This document shows positions 51,038 through 58,644 of a DNA stretch of 64,000 nt, in pieces (the stretch's first letter is position 1; every line of letters begins with the position of its first letter). A model generated the notes under the pieces. The model saw only the letters and a list, made by a program, of their open reading frames with translations. It was not told where the DNA came from and made no database searches. The position numbers and the translations under genes were made by a program. The stretch lies in the sequence record LR756504.1; one strand, 5' to 3'.

Positions 51038-51069
51038 GTTGTAGACTTAAATAAATATTAGTATATTTG
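51038..51069 (+). promoter_or_regulatory. Bacteroidota-type promoter
   Basis: GTTG - 20 nt - TATATTTG (51062); implies the real start is ATG 51088. Confidence 0.55.
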
Positions 51070-53004
51070 GTATATAATATAAAAAATATGCCTAATACAA
51101 AACAAAAATCTACAAAAGCTATTATATTAAGTGATAAAATGCTTGATAAATTATCTAAGATTAATCATTTCATTTCCAAGAATTTAATTAATTTACATAA
51201 AAAGAGAGAAGCTTTAGATATAAAGTTTAGTTATATAGATATTTCTACAGAAGATGGAATGGTTAGTTATTTAAGTACTAATAAAGAAGTTGACTTTAGA
51301 ACGGGTAAAGAAATATCAGATAATGAGAAATGGATAATAAAAAGTAGGACAAATGTCCGTGTAGGTGCGGTAATTCGTTCAGTATTAGAAGCTAAGAATA
51401 TTAAATTTACTGATTCCGATATTGAAGATTTTTCGAATAAATTTAGATCATCCGAATCTAAATTTAGATTCGAATTAGTTAAAGGTGATGATATTAAGAA
51501 ATGGTATAATTTTATTAATTATGCTAAAGATATAAATGATAGTAGTTTAAATGGTAGCTGCATGAGACACAATCTTTGTGGAACTTTTTTATCAGTTTAT
51601 ACTAAAAATAAGAATGTTTCTATGCTTGTCTGTATCGACAAAAATGAAAAACTTCTTTCAAGAGCTATCGTATGGCATAATTCTATTATAGGTAAGGTAA
51701 AAAATCAAACTTATGTTGATAGAATTTATTGTTATGATGATAGATTTCTTTCAACTGTAAAAGATTATATTCATTCTAAAAGTTGGTGGTGTAAAGAAAG
51801 ACAGAGTAGTGATAGCTTTATATTAAATAATGGTAAGACTACTTTGAGTAATCCTAATATTAAAGCTAATATACCGTTGTTGAATTGGTGTTCTTTAAAG
51901 AAGCCTTATATGGATACTATGAAGTATCTTAAAGAAGATTTAGTTAATGGTGAATTGATGTTATACTTAGGAAACAAAGATGGTAAAAGTGTGGAATATT
52001 GGACAGCCGTTAATGGTGGCTATAATGAAAATCGTGGATATGATTCTATATTAAAACGATTGGGTATTCTCTCTAAACATTTCAAAGTTAAAGTTGATAA
52101 TATTAAATTTAAAGATGATGTTTTCTTTTTGAAAAATAAAAAATATAATTTAGTTAAATATAATGGACAACTTTCAAAGTTTGTTAAGGATAATATTAAT
52201 TGTTTGTCTGAAATTGATTTTTCTAAATTTGTACCAATAAACACAATTATTCAACAACATACAGATTTAATAGATAAAATTTATCGGAAAAGAATTGATA
52301 AATATATCTTACAAAATTTAAGCGTAAGACAATTAAAACCTAATAATTTTTATAAATTGCTTACTGATATTTTATCAGAAGGACAAAATATAGATAAACT
52401 TGTAAATATTTTAGAAAGAAGAATCAAAGAGAGAAATACACAAAAATATAGTTTTATACGAGATATTCCTTCTCTTTATTCATATCGTTATGATACATTA
52501 GATTATCCACTTTTAGGTATAAATAAAAGTGATAACAAAAATGTTAAAATGAATAAAATAATAAAATATATCAAAAAACAAAATTTTGCGCATGTTTGTG
52601 CAATACAATTTTTAGATAAAATTATTTGTATCGATGATATAATCAGTATGATGGATAAGAATGCATTGAAAACTTTGAAATCGCAGGCAATGGATTACAT
52701 TTTTTGTAGTGGTATTACTATGGGTGTGTTAAAAGTTATTTTTAATACAGATAATACAAATAACCTATTTAAAAAAGTTAAGAATATCATTAATATAAAA
52801 TGTATTGATGTTGATGTTTTAGATACTAAGTCGATTGCTAAATTAGTTAATAAAATGGGTGCTAAATTAATTAGTTATGGAAATAAAGATAATCTTATGA
52901 ACAAATATATTTTAAAAGAAATTGTTGATAAAAAAGTTAAAGATAAGAAAAAAATTGTGAAGAAGGTTATAAAAAAATCTGTAATGAAGAAAGTCCTGAA
53001 ATAA
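51067..53004 (+). CDS. SCM/GRAIVW/DRIY family paralogue 5 (likely start 51088)
   Basis: SLNGSCMRH, SRAIVW, YVDRIY, SWWCK, KPYMDTMKY; very basic C-terminal tail. Confidence 0.85.
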   Translation: MVYNIKNMPNTKQKSTKAIILSDKMLDKLSKINHFISKNLINLHKKREALDIKFSYIDISTEDGMVSYLSTNKEVDFRTGKEISDNEKWIIKSRTNVRVGAVIRSVLEAKNIKFTDSDIEDFSNKFRSSESKFRFELVKGDDIKKWYNFINYAKDINDSSLNGSCMRHNLCGTFLSVYTKNKNVSMLVCIDKNEKLLSRAIVWHNSIIGKVKNQTYVDRIYCYDDRFLSTVKDYIHSKSWWCKERQSSDSFILNNGKTTLSNPNIKANIPLLNWCSLKKPYMDTMKYLKEDLVNGELMLYLGNKDGKSVEYWTAVNGGYNENRGYDSILKRLGILSKHFKVKVDNIKFKDDVFFLKNKKYNLVKYNGQLSKFVKDNINCLSEIDFSKFVPINTIIQQHTDLIDKIYRKRIDKYILQNLSVRQLKPNNFYKLLTDILSEGQNIDKLVNILERRIKERNTQKYSFIRDIPSLYSYRYDTLDYPLLGINKSDNKNVKMNKIIKYIKKQNFAHVCAIQFLDKIICIDDIISMMDKNALKTLKSQAMDYIFCSGITMGVLKVIFNTDNTNNLFKKVKNIINIKCIDVDVLDTKSIAKLVNKMGAKLISYGNKDNLMNKYILKEIVDKKVKDKKKIVKKVIKKSVMKKVLK

Positions 53005-53014
53005 TCCAGGACTT
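52991..53014. terminator. Hairpin at convergent gene ends
   Basis: AAGTCCTG-AAATAATC-CAGGACTT. Confidence 0.55.
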
Positions 53015-53063
53015 TCACAGCACTTAGGCGGCTGATTAACCCAACTTTGGCGAAGTCGTATTT

Positions 53064-53462
53064 TTAAAGCTTTGACCATTCATAAAATTCTTTTGGAAAT
53101 ATTACGTTATCTGGATATTCATAACTCATGAATAATACAGCAATATCCCCTATTTCGAATTCATCAGAACCTATTTTAGTTACAAAAAATGTTAAATCTT
53201 TTTCTTTTTTAACAAATTCAATAAAAGATTCAATTTGTTCTTTTATATAAGATATAGATATTTTTTTATCTATTGTTCTAGTTGCAAAAGCATAGCATTG
53301 TCCTTGAAAACCAGTAGCTTGACCATATATAGCACCAAATTTTTGGAAACAATATTTTGCAAGCCCTCTACAGTGCTTCCCCTCTAAGTTAGTGCTAAAC
53401 ACTATTACTTCATCTGTTTTTAAATTATGAATTGCATCAGGTGTAAATTCCATCATGTACAT
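53064..53462 (-). CDS. Macrodomain-like phage protein (degenerate)
   Basis: FTPD.I..L...E..VF..NL.G.H..G.A....FGA..GQ..G.QGQ.YA..T ... F.VTKIG ... NV.FP..F pattern. Confidence 0.6.
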   Translation of the reverse strand: MYMMEFTPDAIHNLKTDEVIVFSTNLEGKHCRGLAKYCFQKFGAIYGQATGFQGQCYAFATRTIDKKISISYIKEQIESFIEFVKKEKDLTFFVTKIGSDEFEIGDIAVLFMSYEYPDNVIFPKEFYEWSKL

Positions 53463-53581
53463 ATATAGCTAAAAGTATTACTTTGTTTTATTATATAGTA
53501 AAAAATGTGCTTAATTTTTAATATTTAGTGGAAATAAAAGGTATTTTATGACAGATATATAAAGAAAATAAATTATATTTT

Positions 53582-54121
53582 ATGGCATATACAAATAATT
53601 TCATAAAAGCAATGCCTTATATTTTCCTTCACGAAGGAAATAAATTTACAAATATAGCAAATGACGCTGGTGGGCCTACACTATATGGTGTATCTCTTAG
53701 ATTTTTACAATCCATACACGAAGATATTAATCATGATGGTGTGGTAGATGTGTTAGATATTAAATCTTTAACTCAAGATGAAGCAAAAGATATTTATTTT
53801 CATAATTTTTGGAGAATAGCATATGATTCTTTTCAAGAAAGAGTGGCCATTAAAGTATTTGATGTTGCTGTAAATGCGGGAAGTCAAAGAGCACATATTT
53901 TATTACAAAGAGCATTAAATGCGCTTGGATCAAAAATTACAGTGGATGGTATGTTGGGTAAACAAACAATTTCCGAAATAGCAAAATATACAGATAATCA
54001 AATTTTACAACAATATTGTGCTGCCCAAAAAGCCTTTTATCAAAGTTTAGTTACAAGTAATCCTTCACAACAAAAATTTTTGAATGGGTGGATTAATAGA
54101 AGTCAATGGATACCCGCTTAA
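53582..54121 (+). CDS. GH108 family peptidoglycan hydrolase
   Basis: HEG...N...DAGGPT.YG, FDVAVNAG, VDG.LG..T, F..GW.NR. Confidence 0.9.
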   Translation: MAYTNNFIKAMPYIFLHEGNKFTNIANDAGGPTLYGVSLRFLQSIHEDINHDGVVDVLDIKSLTQDEAKDIYFHNFWRIAYDSFQERVAIKVFDVAVNAGSQRAHILLQRALNALGSKITVDGMLGKQTISEIAKYTDNQILQQYCAAQKAFYQSLVTSNPSQQKFLNGWINRSQWIPA

Positions 54122-54135
54122 TTAAAAAATATTAG

Positions 54136-54216
54136 TTATATGTTTTATTAATAGATGGTGTGATAGGTAGTGCTACTTTGACTTTATTAGATAAATATAA
54201 TCATCTTTTAAAATAA
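54136..54216 (+). pseudogene. Start-less relic resembling the GH108 PG-binding segment
   Basis: Open frame LYVLLIDGVIGSATLTLLDKYNHLLK between stops, similar to TVDGMLGKQTISEIAKY in the upstream gene. Confidence 0.4.
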
Positions 54217-54277
54217 TTTTTTTTAATTTTGAAACTTTTGAATTCAATTTTATATATGTCATATAAGTATACTAAAA

Positions 54278-54892
54278 ATGGAATCGAAATTTAAATTATT
54301 TAAAAACAAAACAACTAATCTTATACTAGTAGTATTCGAGATATTTTTAATTTTTAGAACTTTTAGAATAAATTTAGGAATTACACCATACGATTTTCAA
54401 TTAATTCCACTTTTAATTACATTAATATGTATGTGTGTATGGAATAAACATAAAATTAATATGAATAATATTTATCCTATAAAACCTGTTGATGATAATC
54501 AAACTTTCTATTTATCAACATTGATGATCATATCATTTTTATTATTGATAGTAATTAGTACTCCAATATTTCCGCAAATAATAACACATACACAGATGTT
54601 TTTTTCATCTGTAATTATAGCACCCATAGTAGAAGAAATAATATTTAGACATTATATGATAGGGAGATTAACTGATGTCTACGGTAATAATACTAAAGGT
54701 GTATTTATATCGATATTAATATCTTCTCTTATATTTTCTATTGGGCATGCGTATCAAGGATTATTTGGAGTGCTTGCTGCTTTGCTTAAAGGATTTTTAT
54801 TTGCGAGTTTATATTTAATTTATAAAAGAAATATTTTAGTACCAACTTTCGCACACGGCTTACATAATTTTATAGTATCAATTGTATCTTAA
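54278..54892 (+). CDS. CPBP (CAAX/Abi) intramembrane metalloprotease
   Basis: APIVEEIIFR, FSIGH, HGLHN; multiple TM segments. Confidence 0.9.
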   Translation: MESKFKLFKNKTTNLILVVFEIFLIFRTFRINLGITPYDFQLIPLLITLICMCVWNKHKINMNNIYPIKPVDDNQTFYLSTLMIISFLLLIVISTPIFPQIITHTQMFFSSVIIAPIVEEIIFRHYMIGRLTDVYGNNTKGVFISILISSLIFSIGHAYQGLFGVLAALLKGFLFASLYLIYKRNILVPTFAHGLHNFIVSIVS

Positions 54893-55233
54893 TGATAAAG
54901 TTGATTCTTTCAATCTTTTTATTAACTATTGGTCAAATACTGGTATGGTTTCAACTATATGGTTCGGATAAATTGAATTTTCTTAAAGGATATAAGACAC
55001 TGTTCTTGTATTTTATGGCATTACCAATAGCATTCTTTTATATGAAGGCTACAAAAAATGGTATTGAGTATTTCGGATCTAATTGGCCTATTAGAATATT
55101 AACTTTTGCTGTAGGTAATTTAGTGTTCTTTTGTTTGAGCTATTTTTTTATGGGTGAGAATTTATCGTTAAAATCATTTATATGTTTAACAGTGACATTA
55201 ACTATAATACTTATTCAAATTTTTTGGAAATAG
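54892..55233 (+). CDS. Small four-helix membrane protein (DMT/SMR-like)
   Basis: Four hydrophobic helices; GENLS...I.L.L..I.I near the C-terminus. Confidence 0.55.
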   Translation: MIKLILSIFLLTIGQILVWFQLYGSDKLNFLKGYKTLFLYFMALPIAFFYMKATKNGIEYFGSNWPIRILTFAVGNLVFFCLSYFFMGENLSLKSFICLTVTLTIILIQIFWK

Positions 55234-55234
55234 T

Positions 55235-55585
55235 TTACTCAGGAAGATTTTTAATTCTATTCTTTCTCACATGGTTAATTTTTAACCAATTTTTATATGA
55301 ATTCATATAAACAATACTCATATCCTTTGGATTATGTGCCATTATTTTACAATTATAAAATAGCATATCCATTTTATTTTCATTGTATGTTTTCTTTTTT
55401 CTATAAATTATTACATCGGGTATCCTCAATGTATAATTATTGTTTTCGACTAAATTTTGATAAAGTTCAGCATTAGTCACTCTTAAAAAAATCAAATTAT
55501 TTTCACCATCAACTTCTTTTTGAAGGAAGCCATTTATTTCTGTTATTTCTTCTTTGTTTACATAAATTTCTCTCATAAATTTCAA
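55235..55585 (-). CDS. Hypothetical protein
   Basis: 116-aa ORF; ends RKNRIKNLPE. Confidence 0.6.
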   Translation of the reverse strand: MKFMREIYVNKEEITEINGFLQKEVDGENNLIFLRVTNAELYQNLVENNNYTLRIPDVIIYRKKKTYNENKMDMLFYNCKIMAHNPKDMSIVYMNSYKNWLKINHVRKNRIKNLPE

Positions 55586-55633
55586 TTTTTTACGATGATT
55601 ATTCTATTCAGAATCATCAAAGTGATATTGATT

Positions 55634-56230
55634 TTATTTCTGTTTAATTCTAATATTAACTGTGTGTGGTGCGGTTTCATTGCCACCAAAATATGGATAC
55701 AAAATAGTTCTTATTGCATGTTGCTCATTACAACCACGTTGATGTTCTACAACAACTAAATTACCATTGTAGTTAAAATTATAAGAATCACCAACAACAT
55801 AAATACTATAACTACCTTCTTCTCCAAATTCAGCATATCCCATATGAATAGGTTTATCGTTTTCGAAAACTATTTTACCGTTTTTATGAATATATGCTAA
55901 AATTTCTATTTTATTTTCTTTTATTGACCATCTCCATCCAAATCTTGCGCTATTTTCTTCTACTGTTGAATTACAATCAGTAAATCCATAGAGTTTATTA
56001 ATATCATCTTGATTTTTATTGTGTAAATCATAAATAGCAGTTTCATCAAAAACAGCTACAAAATCCAAGTGGTCTTTTGATAGTGTATTTACCTTAAAAC
56101 CATCAGAAAAGTGATTACCAGCGCCTATAGTATAGGTTTTCCACTCGTTTATACCTAAAAGACTTTCTAAATCTTTTACACATGATGTAGAAATAATCAT
56201 TATAAATAGTAATAATAGCTTTAATTTCAT
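55634..56230 (-). CDS. Lipoprotein with beta-sandwich domain; paralogue of 58095..58595
   Basis: Signal ending STSC; DINKLYGF, SARFGWR, IEILAY, LYPYFGGN..APH. Confidence 0.75.
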   Translation of the reverse strand: MKLKLLLLFIMIISTSCVKDLESLLGINEWKTYTIGAGNHFSDGFKVNTLSKDHLDFVAVFDETAIYDLHNKNQDDINKLYGFTDCNSTVEENSARFGWRWSIKENKIEILAYIHKNGKIVFENDKPIHMGYAEFGEEGSYSIYVVGDSYNFNYNGNLVVVEHQRGCNEQHAIRTILYPYFGGNETAPHTVNIRIKQK

Positions 56231-56248
56231 ATCGTAGATTTATTTCTA

Positions 56249-56280
56249 CAAATATAGGAAATTAAATCCACACTATCAAA
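56249..56280 (-). promoter_or_regulatory. Bacteroidota-type promoter
   Basis: Minus strand TTTG - 20 nt - TATATTTG. Confidence 0.7.
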
Positions 56281-56320
56281 TATTTAATGAGGTTTTATTT
56301 TGGAAGTATAATAAAAGTAA

Positions 56321-56393
56321 TGGTTTCGCCCCCTGTATGATATAAATATCGGATGCTTCTTGTCGGCAAGAACCGTTAAGGCGAGCCACCCCC
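56321..56393 (-). ncRNA. Candidate small structured RNA downstream of tmRNA
   Basis: GC-rich island GGGGGTGGCTCGCC...GGGGGCGAAACCA with a closing stem and two hairpins; strand uncertain. Confidence 0.35.
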
Positions 56394-56446
56394 ATTAATT
56401 TAAAATTACATCCACCACTTTGATTTCTCAGGAAATGATGGGAATA

Positions 56447-56803
56447 TGGTGGAGATGCTCGATTACGACATCGAGGTCTTGTTCTGCTAACATTAAATCT
56501 ACTACAAGTTTATCTCACTTTAGAGTTTTCGATAATAAATTGGATAGTGAGCCAACTGGTAAATTATCTATGTTCTTTTTACAGAAGAGCCAAACTGTTT
56601 TTTGTGCCTTTTTACGACAGTTTTGAAATGGTATTAAGCAGCTACTGCCATTTCAACTGGAGCGAACAACTCATTAAGAATTGATTGCTCAAACGAATTA
56701 ACGTTGTCATTTAACTTTTTGTTAGTTGAATTAACGTGTTCATAACAATTACACGACTTGCAAATTTAACACGAGTACAGCCAATCTATACGTTTTCACC
56801 CCC
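56447..56803 (-). ncRNA. ssrA: tmRNA
   Basis: Acceptor stem GGGGGTG/CATCTCC with G3.U70, A73 and encoded CCA; resume context TAAAT|GAC; tag ORF 56708-56634 DNVNSFEQSILNELFAPVEMAVAA*; helix GAAATGG/CCATTTC encloses the stop. Confidence 0.9.
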
Positions 56804-56815
56804 ATGTATTTATTG

Positions 56816-56888
56816 TAGCAGGAGCAAGACTCGAACTTGCGACCTCAAGGTTATGAGCCTTGCGAGATACCATCTTCTCCATCCTGCG
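56816..56888 (-). tRNA. tRNA-fMet (CAT), initiator type; CCA not encoded
   Basis: Cloverleaf CGCAGGA...TCCTGCTA, anticodon loop CT-CAT-AA, C1:T72 mismatch, A11-T24; only two G-C pairs at the base of the anticodon stem. Confidence 0.92.
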
Positions 56889-56985
56889 ATGTATTATAAT
56901 AAACGATTATTTGTTTAAAATGTTATTTATATATTTGTAAAAATTTGTCATTTTTTCCCACTTTTCTACATACTATTTAATATTG

Positions 56986-57060
56986 TCACCCTGACAGGAC
57001 TCGAACCTGCATTGTCGGGGTTAGAATCCCAACAGTCTAACCAAATTGACGTACAGAGTG
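56986..57060 (-). tRNA. tRNA, most likely Arg (TCT), with atypical anticodon arm; CCA not encoded
   Basis: Acceptor CACTCTG/CAGGGTG-A, T arm GCAGG-TTCGAGT-CCTGT; anticodon region TTGGG-ATTCTAA-CCCCG. Confidence 0.75.
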
Positions 57061-57066
57061 TTATTA

Positions 57067-57279
57067 TTAATCTAATTTATAAATGCCAACATTTGTATCA
57101 TATACAACTCTTTTTATTATTACGGGATGCCTTTTCATTTGTGTACTATCAATAATAGCATAACTATCATTAAAAGTAATTACATACCAAACAAAATCGG
57201 AAATTTTGGATCCTCTATCCTTTTCCCATTTAGCTTTTTTATTTTCAGCAAAATTTATAGCTTGTTCTAAATCCATCAC
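57067..57279 (-). CDS. Hypothetical protein
   Basis: 70-aa ORF abutting the upstream gene. Confidence 0.55.
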   Translation of the reverse strand: MMDLEQAINFAENKKAKWEKDRGSKISDFVWYVITFNDSYAIIDSTQMKRHPVIIKRVVYDTNVGIYKLD

Positions 57280-57698
57280 TATTCATTATTTATAATGTTA
57301 TTAGTTTTATCAATAGTAGCTTTTAAATCTTCGTTTTCGTAATCTTTATGTATATACATTAGTTCTAATGATGCATCTTGTAGTGTTTTGAATTGCTCTC
57401 TAATATAATCTTTTATGAAATTATTATTATATTTAGTAATTTCAATTAAAAGTCTATATTCTTTAGTATATTCTACAACAACATCAGTCCATTTGTTATC
57501 TTTTACGAAGTTATCATTTTTCCCCCAATTCCATAGAACATATAACTTATCGTCATTTGAAATTGTATCCAATGCTTCTTTTATATTATCAATTGTATAT
57601 GACGAGAATTGTTCAAAATCGCATAAAGTTGTGACTTTATTAATTTTTTCGATTTTAGCGTTTATTTCATCGGAACGTTTTTTATCCTCTTCTGTCAT
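57279..57698 (-). CDS. Hypothetical protein
   Basis: 139-aa ORF in a minus-strand operon. Confidence 0.6.
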   Translation of the reverse strand: MTEEDKKRSDEINAKIEKINKVTTLCDFEQFSSYTIDNIKEALDTISNDDKLYVLWNWGKNDNFVKDNKWTDVVVEYTKEYRLLIEITKYNNNFIKDYIREQFKTLQDASLELMYIHKDYENEDLKATIDKTNNIINNE

Positions 57699-57703
57699 AA
57701 CAA

Positions 57704-58048
57704 TTAATTTATTTTTGTCAATACTTTTTTCACTTTCATTTTTATAAAACTATATAAAAATTTACTATTCATTGTAGTAATTTTTAGCTCCTCTTTTAAC
57801 ATGTCTTTCCACCATTGAACATCACAATCAGAAATTTCGTCTGAATATATTTTAAAATTGGAAGCAGTTTCAAGTATTTCTAATGAAAATACGTCAGTTT
57901 TATATCTATCTTCCATTTTTTCATCTCCGTATTTAGTGACATTAGTTTCCCAATCAACTTCTACTAAATATTCATAATTTGTAAAAGAATGTCCAACACG
58001 TTTGAAAATCTTTCTTATTTTCATAAAGTTTTTCTTTATTTTATACAA
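57704..58048 (-). CDS. Hypothetical protein (likely start ATG 58024)
   Basis: The annotated TTG start lies inside the TATCTTTG promoter element. Confidence 0.55.
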   Translation of the reverse strand: MYKIKKNFMKIRKIFKRVGHSFTNYEYLVEVDWETNVTKYGDEKMEDRYKTDVFSLEILETASNFKIYSDEISDCDVQWWKDMLKEELKITTMNSKFLYSFIKMKVKKVLTKIN

Positions 58049-58077
58049 AGATAGATAAACTTATCTCTAAAAACAAG
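58046..58077 (-). promoter_or_regulatory. Bacteroidota-type promoter
   Basis: Minus strand CTTG - 20 nt - TATCTTTG. Confidence 0.6.
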
Positions 58078-58094
58078 AAAAATGTTTAATATTT

Positions 58095-58595
58095 TTAAAG
58101 TTCTTTCAGGTAAATATCCATTTTATGTGGTGATTTTCGATTTCCACCAAAGTATGGATATAACTTATATTTGAAATTCCAGCTTTTTTGCTCTTTTTTA
58201 ATCATTATAACTTTTTTGTTTGATTCAAAAATAAAAGTGAAATAATCTTTTTCAACACTTATACTACATTTGAATAATTCATCAGGTTTGACTTTACCTA
58301 TGGATACTTCTGTTATTCTTACACTTTTATCATAACAATATGCTAATAATTCAATATTTTCACCATCTGTACATCTCCAACCAACTCTTGCTGATTGTAT
58401 ATGATGAAAATATGAAGTTGAAAAACCATAAAGCTTATTAATATCCCATTTATCAACACCATCTATAAAATATATACAATTCTTATCGAATTTACACTCA
58501 AATTCTATTTTTTCCTTGTATGTAAATCCAATATGAGGTAAAAATCCATATAATTTTGAACTATGTGTATTATTTTTAATTGTAAAGATTTCCAT
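58095..58595 (-). CDS. Signal-less paralogue of lipoprotein 55634..56230
   Basis: DINKLYGF, SARVGWR, IELLAY, LYPYFGGN..SPH. Confidence 0.75.
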   Translation of the reverse strand: MEIFTIKNNTHSSKLYGFLPHIGFTYKEKIEFECKFDKNCIYFIDGVDKWDINKLYGFSTSYFHHIQSARVGWRCTDGENIELLAYCYDKSVRITEVSIGKVKPDELFKCSISVEKDYFTFIFESNKKVIMIKKEQKSWNFKYKLYPYFGGNRKSPHKMDIYLKEL

Positions 58596-58613
58596 TTGCT
58601 CTTTAATTTCTTT

Positions 58614-58622
58614 TATATATTA
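58614..58622 (-). promoter_or_regulatory. Putative late promoter TAATATATA
   Basis: ~18 nt upstream of the ATG at 58595. Confidence 0.5.
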
Positions 58623-58644
58623 GAAATATGTAGTAGAGTAAATA

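Noticed and set aside
53015-53060. Hammerhead or pistol ribozyme
   Set aside because: The core reads CTGATTA and GAAG instead of CTGANGA and GAAA; no pistol pseudoknot partner is present.
56321-56393. Twister or HDV-like/theta ribozyme
   Set aside because: CGCCT-TAA...GGGGGCG superficially resembles twister P1, but P2 and P4 cannot pair. The HDV P3/L3/P1 order does not fit either.
56420-56918. ORFs 56420..56626 and 56736..56918 (+)
   Set aside because: Antisense shadows of tmRNA and tRNA-fMet.
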